From assembly GCA_964354795.1 (NCBI GenBank), contig CAYHBB010000016.1, positions 4,084 through 68,083 of the forward strand: a stretch of DNA of 64,000 nucleotides, written 5' to 3'. Source of the DNA: an uncultured Planctomycetales bacterium (GTDB lineage Bacteria > Omnitrophota > Gorgyraeia > Gygaellales > Profunditerraquicolaceae). Both the position numbers and the translations under genes were made by a program. The number at the start of each line of letters is the position of its first letter. Within the stretch, counting starts at the first letter, position 1. Below are positions 8,916-17,926 of the stretch, piece after piece. The notes under the pieces are model-generated. The model had not been told where the DNA came from. It saw only the letters and a program-made list of their open reading frames with translations, and searched no databases.

Positions 8916-9860
8916 TTAGTAATGGAGGTTTGAATATCTGATTTGAAGCAGCTTTTCCCGGCGTTGCCGTATTGCCTCGCTTTGGCTATGTGTTGCACAG
9001 ATAATTCCATACTGCGTAAGCGCGGCATCATAGAGGCGGTAATTCTCAAGAAACAGAATAAATGCCAGGCGCGTAGCTGTCTTTTGAGCATTACGCGACA
9101 GTTCCTCCTGGAAACGCGCTATGTCCGCGCTTAAATACGCGACATCCCTTTCTTTTAACAAATAAAAATAACTGCGTTTCTCAGCGATGACTCTTCTATT
9201 TTTTAAACCTTTGACGTCCCATTTGTAACGGGCGCCAAAGGTAAGGGGGGTTTCAGATTGAGGGTAGGGCAGCTCTTCCCCGGTAGTCGTACTCTGCCAG
9301 AGAAATTTAGCGCCCGGCTCAAGATAAAGGGTCACCGTATAGCTGTCCGCGCCATTCACCGGCTTCCAGCTAAAGGTCGGCCGTTGCTCAAGTATAGCGG
9401 TATTAGAAAGCCCGGTTACTTCTATTTTGCTGTTGAGCGTAACCTCATCTGAACTACTCAGCCCCCTCAGTGTAAAACTACCCTTCTGCGGAGAATCTAT
9501 CTGCGGTAATACCACTTTATTGTTTGCAATAAGCACTCCAGAAGGAATGTGCTTGCTTTGGGCAATTCCCACAACAACTTTCATGCTTCCCGGCCATTGT
9601 TCTTGCTGGCCGGATTCCAAATAATTAATCGTAAAGGAGGCATCCTTTGCGAGCTCTACCATATCACCCGAATACAACAGTTCTCCTAAACCAACTTCTC
9701 TCTTTTTCCCATTCCGCACCAAAGAAACATTCCCTCCTGTATCCATAATAATCGCGCTATAGGAACTATTTTCTGCGACCGCGATCTCGGGCAGAGTGAA
9801 AACGAGAAACGTAAGTGCGGCAACAAGAGAATAAAGGTATGTGTGGCTATTTTTCATCAT
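8916..9860 (-). CDS. secreted protein with FecR-like N-terminal domain and Fn3/Ig-like middle region
   Basis: Signal peptide MMKNSHTYLYSLVAALTFLVFTLPEIAVA. GNVSLVRNGKKREVGLGELLYSGDMVELAKDASFTI resembles the FecR fold pattern. Weak assignment. Confidence 0.4.
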   Translation of the reverse strand: MMKNSHTYLYSLVAALTFLVFTLPEIAVAENSSYSAIIMDTGGNVSLVRNGKKREVGLGELLYSGDMVELAKDASFTINYLESGQQEQWPGSMKVVVGIAQSKHIPSGVLIANNKVVLPQIDSPQKGSFTLRGLSSSDEVTLNSKIEVTGLSNTAILEQRPTFSWKPVNGADSYTVTLYLEPGAKFLWQSTTTGEELPYPQSETPLTFGARYKWDVKGLKNRRVIAEKRSYFYLLKERDVAYLSADIARFQEELSRNAQKTATRLAFILFLENYRLYDAALTQYGIICATHSQSEAIRQRREKLLQIRYSNLHY

Positions 9861-9983
9861 TAAGAGTTATTAAGAAACTTCATTAGTTTATTTTCTGCGT
9901 TATAGAATCGTTGCGTTTGCACCTTAAGCATTTTAAGGGCAACCTCAGGAAACTTTGAGCAGTTTCATGGTTATGTAACTATG

Positions 9984-10955
9984 TTATACGTGTATCGCGC
10001 GAGGAATTGGAATACTGTGGCAAGGGGTCTTTGGCGATATCTCCTCGACCATCTTTTCCAAAAGCCCCACCTTCCCTTCGAAATCAAGCCAGGCCCATTC
10101 GCCATTGGCATTCACCTCTAAAAAGAAGTAGTCCCCATTTGCATACAGCATATCCAGCCGGCCGAAATGAAGCCCTAAGTCGTGCATAAAATGAACTATG
10201 GAATGCTCAAGGGATCTAGGAAGGTGATGGATACACCAGGCGTCCGTAGCGGTATCGGGGCCCATTTCGCGCCAGTCCACGGTTTTGTCTAAAAAAGGTT
10301 CTCGGTTGAGTTCAAACCCATACATCTTACCCCTGACAAAGACAATGGTAATATCGGATGAAGCATTTACATAGTCCTGTATCAGCCATGGAGTCGAGGG
10401 GTCTAATTGATCCTCTTGAACCCTCGTGGTATAGAGAACCGCGTTTTCATTCACTCGTTTTGAGGTGAGACTTTTAACGATGGAAGACTTTCCTTTTTCA
10501 AAAAATTCCGCCGAGCCACTTACGAATTTGTATGGCGGAATTTTAAAATACTTGCTCGCGACTTTGAGCTGAACAAGCTTTCCTATCCTGGCATCTGCCA
10601 TGGGCTCTACGAGAACAAGCTTGCCTTTCGACCAGGCCAGATTGACCATATCGCGCAGCGCATACGAAACTTCTTCTTGCATATAGACAATCTCAGTGCG
10701 GATCTTGCGGTTAGGATACAGCTGCTGTGTCATAAACGGCCTGCGCCAATAGAACTTAGCGATATCGCTGCTGGTAATACAGCGACCGGCCGGGTTTTCG
10801 ATGGAGAATTGAGAATGGTCAATTTTTATTTTGTATTCTTGCCATAAATCAAGATTAAAGCGAAAAACATTCTCGCTTCCAATTTTAGAGATCAATAGAT
10901 CAACCGTGAGATCTAAAGAATTGGTGTAGATAAAAGTGACGGAATTCATCCCCAC
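9984..10955 (-). CDS. ATP-grasp family ligase (peptide-maturase-like)
   Basis: 323 aa. C-terminal GRLDMLYANGDYFFLEVNANGEWAWL matches the ATP-grasp Mg-binding E-x-N region. Size and layout fit RiPP-type ATP-grasp enzymes. Recalled homology only. Confidence 0.55.
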   Translation of the reverse strand: MGMNSVTFIYTNSLDLTVDLLISKIGSENVFRFNLDLWQEYKIKIDHSQFSIENPAGRCITSSDIAKFYWRRPFMTQQLYPNRKIRTEIVYMQEEVSYALRDMVNLAWSKGKLVLVEPMADARIGKLVQLKVASKYFKIPPYKFVSGSAEFFEKGKSSIVKSLTSKRVNENAVLYTTRVQEDQLDPSTPWLIQDYVNASSDITIVFVRGKMYGFELNREPFLDKTVDWREMGPDTATDAWCIHHLPRSLEHSIVHFMHDLGLHFGRLDMLYANGDYFFLEVNANGEWAWLDFEGKVGLLEKMVEEISPKTPCHSIPIPRAIHV

Positions 10956-10983
10956 TGCTTTCGGTGCTTAGTTTCCGCTATTA

Positions 10984-11163
10984 TCACGCATCAGCCTCTT
11001 GTGAGCCTTCACCGTCAAACAAGGTGCTGCTCTTAAGGGCGTGCTTAAGCCCGGGGCACGTAAGATCCAGCTCGCGGCGCTGAGTGTGATGATCATAGGG
11101 CGCCTTCTCTACTTCTTTAATGACACTGCCTTTGCAGCGAGCCAACTCTAAAATTGTCTTCAT
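10984..11163 (-). CDS. 59-aa peptide, candidate ATP-grasp substrate/precursor
   Basis: ATG at 11163 with AAAGGAGGTGA SD 8 nt upstream (the track's GTG start is 3 codons earlier). MKTILELARCKGSVIKEVEKAPYDHHTQRRELDLTCPGLKHALKSSTLFDGEGSQEADA. Tail is rich in S/T/K and D/E. Confidence 0.4.
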   Translation of the reverse strand: MKTILELARCKGSVIKEVEKAPYDHHTQRRELDLTCPGLKHALKSSTLFDGEGSQEADA

Positions 11164-11249
11164 TGCGTTCACCTCCTTTATTTGAAATTGTTATTTACCA
11201 CACACGTCTTCCCTTTTTAAAACAATGGCAAGAAAGATTTGTTACGCCG

Positions 11250-12689
11250 TCACACACTGATGCTTTTAAGCGCGAACTCGCGAATCCTGTTCTCTAAATT
11301 CCCGCGTATGAACCAATAACAGTGATCGTCGTCTTTTAACTTTCCCGACTGAAAACGTCTTTTATGCGCGCAGCCGCCTGCACATTGAGGCAGTACGGGA
11401 CATTTTTTGCACATATCATACTGGAACCAATCATAATTCAGCCAGGGAATTAAATTGCTGAATATAATAGGGTACTTAAGAAAGATTGAGCCATACGCTC
11501 GTTCAACCAACCCCAGATCTTCGACGCATTTATACAGTTCACCTTCGGGGCCGATAGTTGCAGAAGAGTAGCAGGTCGCTGCGCAGCCAGCGTTGCTGGC
11601 TTTTGTCAACGGAACGAAGGTCATAAAAGCTAAACCTAAGGCTTTGGCTTTAGCGGTTTCGCGTCTTAAAATTTCCAAATATGGCTGTGGAGGGATATGC
11701 TGGATTACACAGCCGTCCCTGGCGCACTCCGGCTCAAAAACATTGGCTATATTGATTGATTGTATCCGTTTGTGCAAGTTTCTTCGGATAAGACCGTCAT
11801 AGAGTTGGTCAAACTCCTTTTCATTATCCTGAGTAAGATTAATACGGACGTGTATTCTTAACTTTTCTGCCGCGATACTTAAATTTTCCAGCACTTTATC
11901 CAGAGTATCCCGCCCTTGTTTGTCTTGTTTTGTTGATTTCGGAATATCAACTGTTACCTGAACCAAAGAAACCCTGTATTTATGGAGTAAATTAACAACA
12001 TCCCGGTTTAATAAAGTTCCGTTGGTGGACGACAAGCCGTGGTATTCAATTCCGGCCTTATCAAATGCGGGAATAATCCGGGAGCTGATGCGCTCTATCG
12101 TTCCTACGGCAAGTAACGGTTCTCCTCCGAACCAAACAATCTGCACTCTCTTTTTCTCTCGGGATATTCTGGCGATGTAAGAAACAACTGCATTTTCAGT
12201 TTCCCGGGACATCATTTTGCGATTACGGATAATCTGGGCTTTTCCTTCAAAGCAATAAGGACATTGTAAGTTGCAAAGCAGTGTGGGTACGACATTCAAA
12301 CTTAATATATCATTCCTGTAGCGGGAAAATAAAAGCTGCTGTTTGACAATTTCAAGTTCGTTAATATTTTTGGAGACAAAGAAACCTTTTGAATAAAGAA
12401 GGTGCATGGGCTGCGGAATAGATTTTCCACGCATTTGATATTCAGAACCACGAGATAGGTATTTACGCCAGGCATCGCGATTCAGAATAGCGAGAGTTCC
12501 GGTGAGTGTATTATATACTGCCTTCTTATTGTCAGGTAAATCAACCGATACATTGAACTGCGAGGGGATCCAAGTATCCGAAAACAACTCGTATGCTCTT
12601 TTTACAGATGCCGTTGCGGAAAACAAATTTACTTCTGACTTAGCTTCGGGTGACACTTCAAAAACAGCAGTGGGGTTTTCGTTAGGCAT
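11250..12689 (-). CDS. radical SAM / SPASM-domain enzyme (rSAM-5)
   Basis: CNLQCPYCFEG (CxxxCxxC), GGEPLL, C-terminal CKKCPVLPQCAGGCAHKR SPASM motif. Track start is TTG; ATG start at 12689 (MPNENPTAVF) chosen. Confidence 0.8.
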   Translation of the reverse strand: MPNENPTAVFEVSPEAKSEVNLFSATASVKRAYELFSDTWIPSQFNVSVDLPDNKKAVYNTLTGTLAILNRDAWRKYLSRGSEYQMRGKSIPQPMHLLYSKGFFVSKNINELEIVKQQLLFSRYRNDILSLNVVPTLLCNLQCPYCFEGKAQIIRNRKMMSRETENAVVSYIARISREKKRVQIVWFGGEPLLAVGTIERISSRIIPAFDKAGIEYHGLSSTNGTLLNRDVVNLLHKYRVSLVQVTVDIPKSTKQDKQGRDTLDKVLENLSIAAEKLRIHVRINLTQDNEKEFDQLYDGLIRRNLHKRIQSINIANVFEPECARDGCVIQHIPPQPYLEILRRETAKAKALGLAFMTFVPLTKASNAGCAATCYSSATIGPEGELYKCVEDLGLVERAYGSIFLKYPIIFSNLIPWLNYDWFQYDMCKKCPVLPQCAGGCAHKRRFQSGKLKDDDHCYWFIRGNLENRIREFALKSISV

Positions 12690-12863
12690 ATCTATTAAGC
12701 CTTTGGTTTTGCAAATAGCAGCAGGCAATTTAAAAAAAATCAATTTGCATTGCCGGGGCAGAATTTATCCAATCATCCACGTCAGGATTACTATCTACCC
12801 AGCGGCAGCATGCAATCTTAAGATTTCAGTTCTCTTAGGTATAATACAGCAGCGGCAGTTGTA

Positions 12864-13064
12864 TTATAAGCAAGATGCAAAATAACTTCTCTTGTCCATG
12901 CAGCAGGTGGTCAAATCCACGACATAATCGCAACTTTGACCCGCTACTTCTGCAGATTTTTTCTTGTTGGCTTTTTCAAACTTCGCCTTTGAAATCTTAC
13001 ATTTTTTTAAAACACTGGTTGGTATTGCGTAATATTTTTTCCCTGATTTAATTAGTATCGACAT
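12864..13064 (-). CDS. 66-aa Lys-rich/Cys-rich peptide, candidate rSAM-SPASM substrate
   Basis: SD AGGAGGGG 6 nt upstream. MSILIKSGKKYYAIPTSVLKKCKISKAKFEKANKKKSAEVAGQSCDYVVDLTTCCMDKRSYFASCL. Four Cys in last 24 residues. Immediately upstream of rSAM-5. Confidence 0.45.
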   Translation of the reverse strand: MSILIKSGKKYYAIPTSVLKKCKISKAKFEKANKKKSAEVAGQSCDYVVDLTTCCMDKRSYFASCL

Positions 13065-13314
13065 GGTTTTCCCCTCCTAGCTTTTTGTACCCACACAAAG
13101 GTTGCTTTTAACACCCATTTGGGTCATTCTTTACTACTGAACTACTGAATCTTATCTTGCTATTTCTCTATTTTTTCATCACCTCCTTTTTTTTATAACT
13201 TTCTTTAGTTTTAAAGAAAATTTATCCTTATCCATTGTAGGGTATTATAGCATAAAAAAACGCCTTGATAGCAAAATAAAATCGGCGGAACTTCAGCTGA
13301 CACAACAGCCAAAC

Positions 13315-14259
13315 TCAAGGTTTTCCCTCCAGATAAGCAATAATTGCGGGTGCCGCTTTGCCGTATTCTTCACGCAGCATCTCACAAAACATTTTCCAAT
13401 GACGCGCGGTATCGTCTGTAGCTAATGTACGAGCAATTTCATAAAAGTTATTTCCTGCTGTCGTGGCATGTGGAACCACTATGCTCCCCTGAAATGAATT
13501 CTTATCATCCTTGTTAAGTTCGCAATGAAGCACTTCTTTATCTCCCACTACGTAATCAAGGGCGTTTGTGTAGGTGGGATTGTTTTTACGTATTTTATAT
13601 TCCTCATCCGTATGAAACCGTATCTCAGGATGCTGCGTATGCAACTCCTTGAGTAACTCCTCCGCCGAACCAGCCCTGGGGCGAAACATCTCATTATCTA
13701 ACAGCCAACTGAAATAATAATAGCCGGAACGAATTCCGGGAGGAATTCCTGCCTTCCAGTCCATAGGCACAAGGGGTTTATTGTCGCGTAAAAGCCACTC
13801 TACATAATTGGAATGCGAGTAAAAATCCTGGAGAGTATGAAATGCCTCTCCCAGCATGTACAGCACCCTATTTCTGGATTTCGGATTACCAACTACATTC
13901 GCGGCAGCTATTTTTGCAATGTTCAACTGATGCGTAATATATTCATAACTATCACGAATGCGATTATCATCAAAATGGTGATGGGGGGAATTGGTGAATT
14001 TAGAGCTGAAAGGCCAATCCTGGCTATTGCAGCCTTCAATAATCTTACCTATGCTTTGTTCTTGGAATCCCAGAGGAGTGAGGGCATCTTTCAAGATGCT
14101 TTCGTGAATGGGCTCGCCGAAACCAAAGCGGGTCTTAAAGGCATGGCTATTGTGCGGCACACAAAAAATAAATAGCGCTGCTATCCATATCCACAAACAA
14201 CCATGTTTTGACACCTTATTTACAGACCTTATGTTTATTTCGCTAAACACTATAGACAC
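13315..14259 (-). CDS. secreted Het-C-like / zinc-phospholipase-C-fold protein
   Basis: Signal/TM MSIVF...LWIWIAALFIFCVPHNSHA. Motif HTLQDFYSHSNYVEW resembles the Het-C domain signature. Memory-based. Confidence 0.4.
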   Translation of the reverse strand: MSIVFSEINIRSVNKVSKHGCLWIWIAALFIFCVPHNSHAFKTRFGFGEPIHESILKDALTPLGFQEQSIGKIIEGCNSQDWPFSSKFTNSPHHHFDDNRIRDSYEYITHQLNIAKIAAANVVGNPKSRNRVLYMLGEAFHTLQDFYSHSNYVEWLLRDNKPLVPMDWKAGIPPGIRSGYYYFSWLLDNEMFRPRAGSAEELLKELHTQHPEIRFHTDEEYKIRKNNPTYTNALDYVVGDKEVLHCELNKDDKNSFQGSIVVPHATTAGNNFYEIARTLATDDTARHWKMFCEMLREEYGKAAPAIIAYLEGKP

Positions 14260-14312
14260 TGTATAAGCCGATTATTAAGAACATCCCGGGATTAGAGAGA
14301 CGATTTTTTATT

Positions 14313-14915
14313 TCAATAAAGACTGGAGAGAATAGTCTTAACCGCTTTTTGAATTTCCTTTTCCTTATCTAAAGATGGAACGGTTGCCCTGATTTTGCAA
14401 ATATAACCCTTTAACCCTGTAATGTATAGATAAGAAAGCCTATTCCCCAGCGAAGCGCCGTCTAAGGGATCAATTGACTCCAATGAAAAAGACACAGAGA
14501 GCACCTTGAGCGTTTTGCTATTGCTTAATGAGAAATCCATCTGGGTTTCAGAAAGAATCTTCACATTACGATACAGGATATTCTCAAGTGATTTTATTTC
14601 TTCTAAGGCAGAATCTTTTGCTTTACGAATTGCTTCTGAACCAACGCCATCTTTTATTCCTTGCTCACCAAGGTTATAGACATACACAGTTAAATCTGAG
14701 CCAAAAGAGGATAGGCTGTGATAACCCAGAGAAGCACCCATTGCTTCATCCTCATAGGTCATTATGCTGCTCTCGGCAGCAAAATCTCCGATCTGTAAAG
14801 GAAGAGTACTTAAGATTTCTTGCGCTTTCTCAGCATAGGCAGAAGAAACGCTTAAGGATAATACCCCCATTAAGAAAAATATCATTATTCTTGAAATCTG
14901 AAGTTTCATTTCCAT
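14313..14915 (-). CDS. secreted hypothetical protein
   Basis: Signal peptide M(E)MKLQISRIMIFFLMGVLSLSVSSAYA. Its RBS and first 8 codons are nucleotide-level homologous to the serpin gene head. Confidence 0.5.
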   Translation of the reverse strand: MEMKLQISRIMIFFLMGVLSLSVSSAYAEKAQEILSTLPLQIGDFAAESSIMTYEDEAMGASLGYHSLSSFGSDLTVYVYNLGEQGIKDGVGSEAIRKAKDSALEEIKSLENILYRNVKILSETQMDFSLSNSKTLKVLSVSFSLESIDPLDGASLGNRLSYLYITGLKGYICKIRATVPSLDKEKEIQKAVKTILSSLY

Positions 14916-14955
14916 CCCCCCCTGTTAGTTGGCCTAATTTTCCCTGCCGAAGTGG

Positions 14956-15402
14956 TCATTGACCTTCTATATAATCTTTTATCATCTTCCAAACACCATC
15001 TTCTTTTGTAAGAGTAACTTTACCCGAAAAACCAGGATGTCCTTTTCGTCCGTAATTTATTGTAACAATATCTCCTTGAGTAGAAACATCTTTAATTTCC
15101 AGCTCAGATATATCAAAAAATGATGACTTCATCATTTTAAACATATTTTCCTTAAACTCCTGCGTAAGATCTTCCGTTTGCTCCTGCCCTTCAGGCGAAT
15201 CTAATTGCCTAAGATTTTCTTTTGTTCCGATTTCCCTGTTTAACTTTTCAAATTCATCATAATTAGCGCAAGCGTTCTTCTTCAGAAAAATAGATTTGAA
15301 AGCCCCTACAGCCTCATCTTCCATTGGAGTAGCAGAAGATAATGTAAATAACCCAAATACACAAAAACTAATTATTGCCCCAATCAAAAGATTATTTTTC
15401 AT
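14956..15402 (-). CDS. secreted hypothetical protein
   Basis: Signal peptide MKNNLLIGAIISFCVFGLFTLSSA. Directly downstream of promoter cassette copy A. Confidence 0.5.
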   Translation of the reverse strand: MKNNLLIGAIISFCVFGLFTLSSATPMEDEAVGAFKSIFLKKNACANYDEFEKLNREIGTKENLRQLDSPEGQEQTEDLTQEFKENMFKMMKSSFFDISELEIKDVSTQGDIVTINYGRKGHPGFSGKVTLTKEDGVWKMIKDYIEGQ

Positions 15403-15444
15403 ATTCCCCCTTTATCTCCTTTTTTCTTTATTCTACTCCAACCA

Positions 15445-15531
15445 AAAACCATCTACAATATATTCTATCACAGCGGGTTAAGAAGTCAAACTCCCCTTTT
15501 AACTTCGCATTCTATCCAAATTGTGAAGTTA
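15445..15531 (-). promoter_or_regulatory. repeated promoter cassette, copy A (hairpin 1 degenerate)
   Basis: Read on the minus strand: TTGACT (rc of 15484..15489), 16-nt spacer, TG-n-TAGAAT (rc of 15463..15468). Followed on plus strand by hairpin TAACTTC...GAAGTTA (15500..15531). Confidence 0.5.
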
Positions 15532-15810
15532 AACTACCCTTTGTCACCTTTTTAAAAGGCAAGTTTTCCCTAGCCTATGGGTAAACAGAGATTTAACTAA
15601 TACCACCTTAACCTATAGTAACATCTTCCAAAGGCCCCTTCTCCTGCGTGTCACTTTAAAAATCCCAGTTTTGGTAACAAAAAATAAATCCTTTGCCTTC
15701 TTATTCTTTTTTTGTTTTACCTGTTAATTATCTGTGATAAAATGTGAAATAAGATGTTTCTTAGATCAGATTTAGATGTACGAAATTTACCCAATATTGA
15801 AAGATGAAAC

Positions 15811-17067
15811 ATGCATAAAATATTTGGCTTGGCATTAGTAGGTATATTAAGCATCAATGCATTTGCGCAAAATCCTTCTCAAAAGGATTTGCCAAGAGAT
15901 TTTGATATCGATGGAATTCGGACTTTCTTAATGCATCAGCAAAGTCCCGAAACCAAAATTCTGGAAAGCTTCATCAATACTACCGATGAGATGCTTTCTA
16001 ACCAAGCTTCTACTTATGACCAGGCGCTAGCGGGTTTAGGCTTTCTTGAGCTGGGGGATCAGAATGGAGCAAAGGGAGTTCTCTCTTTTTTTAAGGCAAA
16101 GTGGTCCGATTTGGGCTTATGCAATTTTTATAACACAGAAAATGGTTCATGCGGTATAGAAGAAACTGTGCATTTAGGCCCGAATATGTGGATAGCCTCG
16201 CTGGCTTTACAATATGGTCAGAAAACAGGAGATGCCAGATTTAATAATCTAGCAGAAAAGATAGCGTTCTGGAGTATAGAATTAAACCACAATAACGGAG
16301 GAATCAGCATGGGGCCTGTTGCTGACTGGGGCGGAGATTGGCCTAATGTCTATTCTTCAGAAAATAATATTGTTGCCTTTGCGGTATTCAGGGCTTTATA
16401 TAATCATGAAAATAACCAGACTTATAGAGAGATTTATTCCCAACAAATGCAAGGGATCATTAATTTTATCAACGAAGTGACTTTACAAAGAAGTACTGAT
16501 GGAAAAATCATTAATGTAAGCGTCGGTTATAATCCCGAGGAAGGAATCTCTAGCATTTCATCATGTGATGTAGTAACCATGCTGCTTTTAGTATTTAATC
16601 CACAAGAACTTCAGCAGTTTTTTTCTATAGATGAATCGGATTTGTTAGAATTTGCTAAGGATAATTTCTTCGTCTGTGTGGATGGAATTTGTGGATATGA
16701 TTTTACCAGTGAATCTTCTACCATTTTGATCGGCAGACAGAGGATGATTTCTTTGGAATGGACAGCGCAGATGGCACAGGCGGAGATTGCAGTAGCGCAA
16801 TTCTACCAGATTAATTCGCCTCATGAAGAAAGAGCTGCAGATTATTTTAAGGAATCTGATCAACTTTTATCTGAGATCGATAAAACAATTATTAACTATC
16901 AAGAGATGTGTTTCTATCCGTATGCGACAAAAGCCGCAGAACAACCTTTTACTTTTGCGCCCTGGTGGAAAACGCCACAGGGTGACCCGGAATTTTGCGG
17001 AGCACTTTCATCGACCTTATGGAGATTGTTTGCGTATAAAGAATTTAACCCATTGGATTTACGCTAG
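15811..17067 (+). CDS. secreted hypothetical protein (418 aa)
   Basis: Signal peptide MHKIFGLALVGILSINAFA. Only large plus-strand gene in the island. No recognisable catalytic motif. Confidence 0.55.
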   Translation: MHKIFGLALVGILSINAFAQNPSQKDLPRDFDIDGIRTFLMHQQSPETKILESFINTTDEMLSNQASTYDQALAGLGFLELGDQNGAKGVLSFFKAKWSDLGLCNFYNTENGSCGIEETVHLGPNMWIASLALQYGQKTGDARFNNLAEKIAFWSIELNHNNGGISMGPVADWGGDWPNVYSSENNIVAFAVFRALYNHENNQTYREIYSQQMQGIINFINEVTLQRSTDGKIINVSVGYNPEEGISSISSCDVVTMLLLVFNPQELQQFFSIDESDLLEFAKDNFFVCVDGICGYDFTSESSTILIGRQRMISLEWTAQMAQAEIAVAQFYQINSPHEERAADYFKESDQLLSEIDKTIINYQEMCFYPYATKAAEQPFTFAPWWKTPQGDPEFCGALSSTLWRLFAYKEFNPLDLR

Positions 17068-17119
17068 ATTTAGATAGACGTAGCACTCTTTCCTCTAACT
17101 TCGCATTCTACATCTACTA

Positions 17120-17160
17120 GGATGTATAAATAAAAAGGGCTGAACGGTTAAGTCCAGCCC
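17120..17160 (-). terminator. rho-independent terminator (minus strand), copy 1 of duplicated module
   Basis: rc: GGGCTGGACTTAACCGTTCAGCCC followed by TTTTTATTTATAC. Confidence 0.5.
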
Positions 17161-17208
17161 TGAAATTTGCTCCCCATCGTGAAAGATTTTCGAACTTTTC
17201 TGGCTTCA

Positions 17209-17266
17209 GGGGAGGTGGAAAAATTATGTCAAGAACTGGCTTTTAGTGCTTAATACCACCTCCCCC
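17209..17266. repeat. long inverted repeat GGGGAGGTGG ... CCACCTCCCC (10-bp stem, about 38-nt loop)
   Basis: Seen directly. Followed on plus strand by TTTTCTTATTTT. Lies between the converging ends of 15811..17067(+) and 17291..17668(-). Confidence 0.4.
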
Positions 17267-17290
17267 CTTTTCTTATTTTAAACTAAAATT

Positions 17291-17668
17291 TTATTCGGTG
17301 CCAATACGGGGAGGAATTTCATTTGCGATAGCGGTGGCTAATTCATGTTTACCATTTTTTTCATAAATTTTTATTATTTCGCTTAAATAATACCCTACGG
17401 GGCTTATTGCATAAGCTTCGTAAAAGTCAGCGATAGCTCGGTTTAGGTCACCTTTTTTAGAATAAACTGCAGCCCGCTCACCATAGGCTTCCGCATAATT
17501 AGGATTCATTGAGATAGCTTGATTAAACTTACTTATTGCCTCGCTATATTTACCTTGTTTAACAAATTCCATTCCTTTATTAAACGCATCAGTTGATGTT
17601 TCTGCAAAAGAATTGCTAAATATCAAGAGTATTAAAAGCAGAACTATGAAACCTATTTTCTTTCTCAT
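17291..17668 (-). CDS. small secreted TPR-repeat protein
   Basis: Signal peptide MRKKIGFIVLLLILLIFSNSFA. TPR-like AxxYxxxGxxYxxxG spacing (EAISKFNQAISMNPNYAEAYGERAAVYSKKGD). Confidence 0.55.
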   Translation of the reverse strand: MRKKIGFIVLLLILLIFSNSFAETSTDAFNKGMEFVKQGKYSEAISKFNQAISMNPNYAEAYGERAAVYSKKGDLNRAIADFYEAYAISPVGYYLSEIIKIYEKNGKHELATAIANEIPPRIGTE

Positions 17669-17713
17669 CTTTACTTTCTCCTTTCTACTTTTTTCATTAA
17701 TTTACTTTATAAC

Positions 17714-17800
17714 AAAAACCCGCTGCAATATATTCTATCACAGCGTGTTAAGAAGTCAAACTCCGCCTAACTTCGCTTTTTTCCCAATTACGAAGTTCAA
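17714..17800 (-). promoter_or_regulatory. repeated promoter cassette, copy B
   Basis: -35 rc of AGTCAA 17754..17759, -10 rc of ATTCTA 17733..17738. Stem CCCGCTG/CAGCGTG flanks conserved CAATATATTCTATCA. Second hairpin TAACTTCG...CGAAGTT. Confidence 0.55.
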
Positions 17801-17854
17801 GGCACTATATATGCGTCCTAGTTTATTCGAATAGCGAAGTATCCCTTGATCTAA

Positions 17855-17891
17855 TTATAAATAAAAAGGGCTGAACGGTTAAGTCCAGCCC
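17855..17891 (-). terminator. rho-independent terminator of serpin gene (copy 2 of duplicated module)
   Basis: rc: GGGGGCTGGACTTAACCGTTCAGCCC + TTTTTATTTAT. About 35 nt downstream of serpin stop. Identical hairpin to the one at 17137..17160. Confidence 0.6.
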
Positions 17892-17926
17892 CCGTAAGAA
17901 TGATGGTATTTACTTGAACTACTCCT

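Noticed and set aside
7455-8935. Shared 10-mer GAATATCTGA near the 3' ends of two minus-strand genes
   Set aside because: One copy is inside coding sequence (IRYSN), the other in the 3' flank; too short to be meaningful.
7469-9091. 540-aa version of the caspase-like ORF overlapping the upstream FecR-like gene by 176 nt
   Set aside because: An internal Met at 8878 has a GGAGA SD and starts a clean lipoprotein signal peptide; the longer form is a read-through artefact.
12744-13314. Looked for tRNA/ncRNA genes here and in the other large intergenic gaps (15545..15810, 17068..17290, 24456..24596, 38690..38878, 40919..41154)
   Set aside because: No cloverleaf-compatible sequence (GTTCGAATC-type T-arm, CCA context) recognised by eye. 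Cannot exclude a small RNA without a covariance-model scan.
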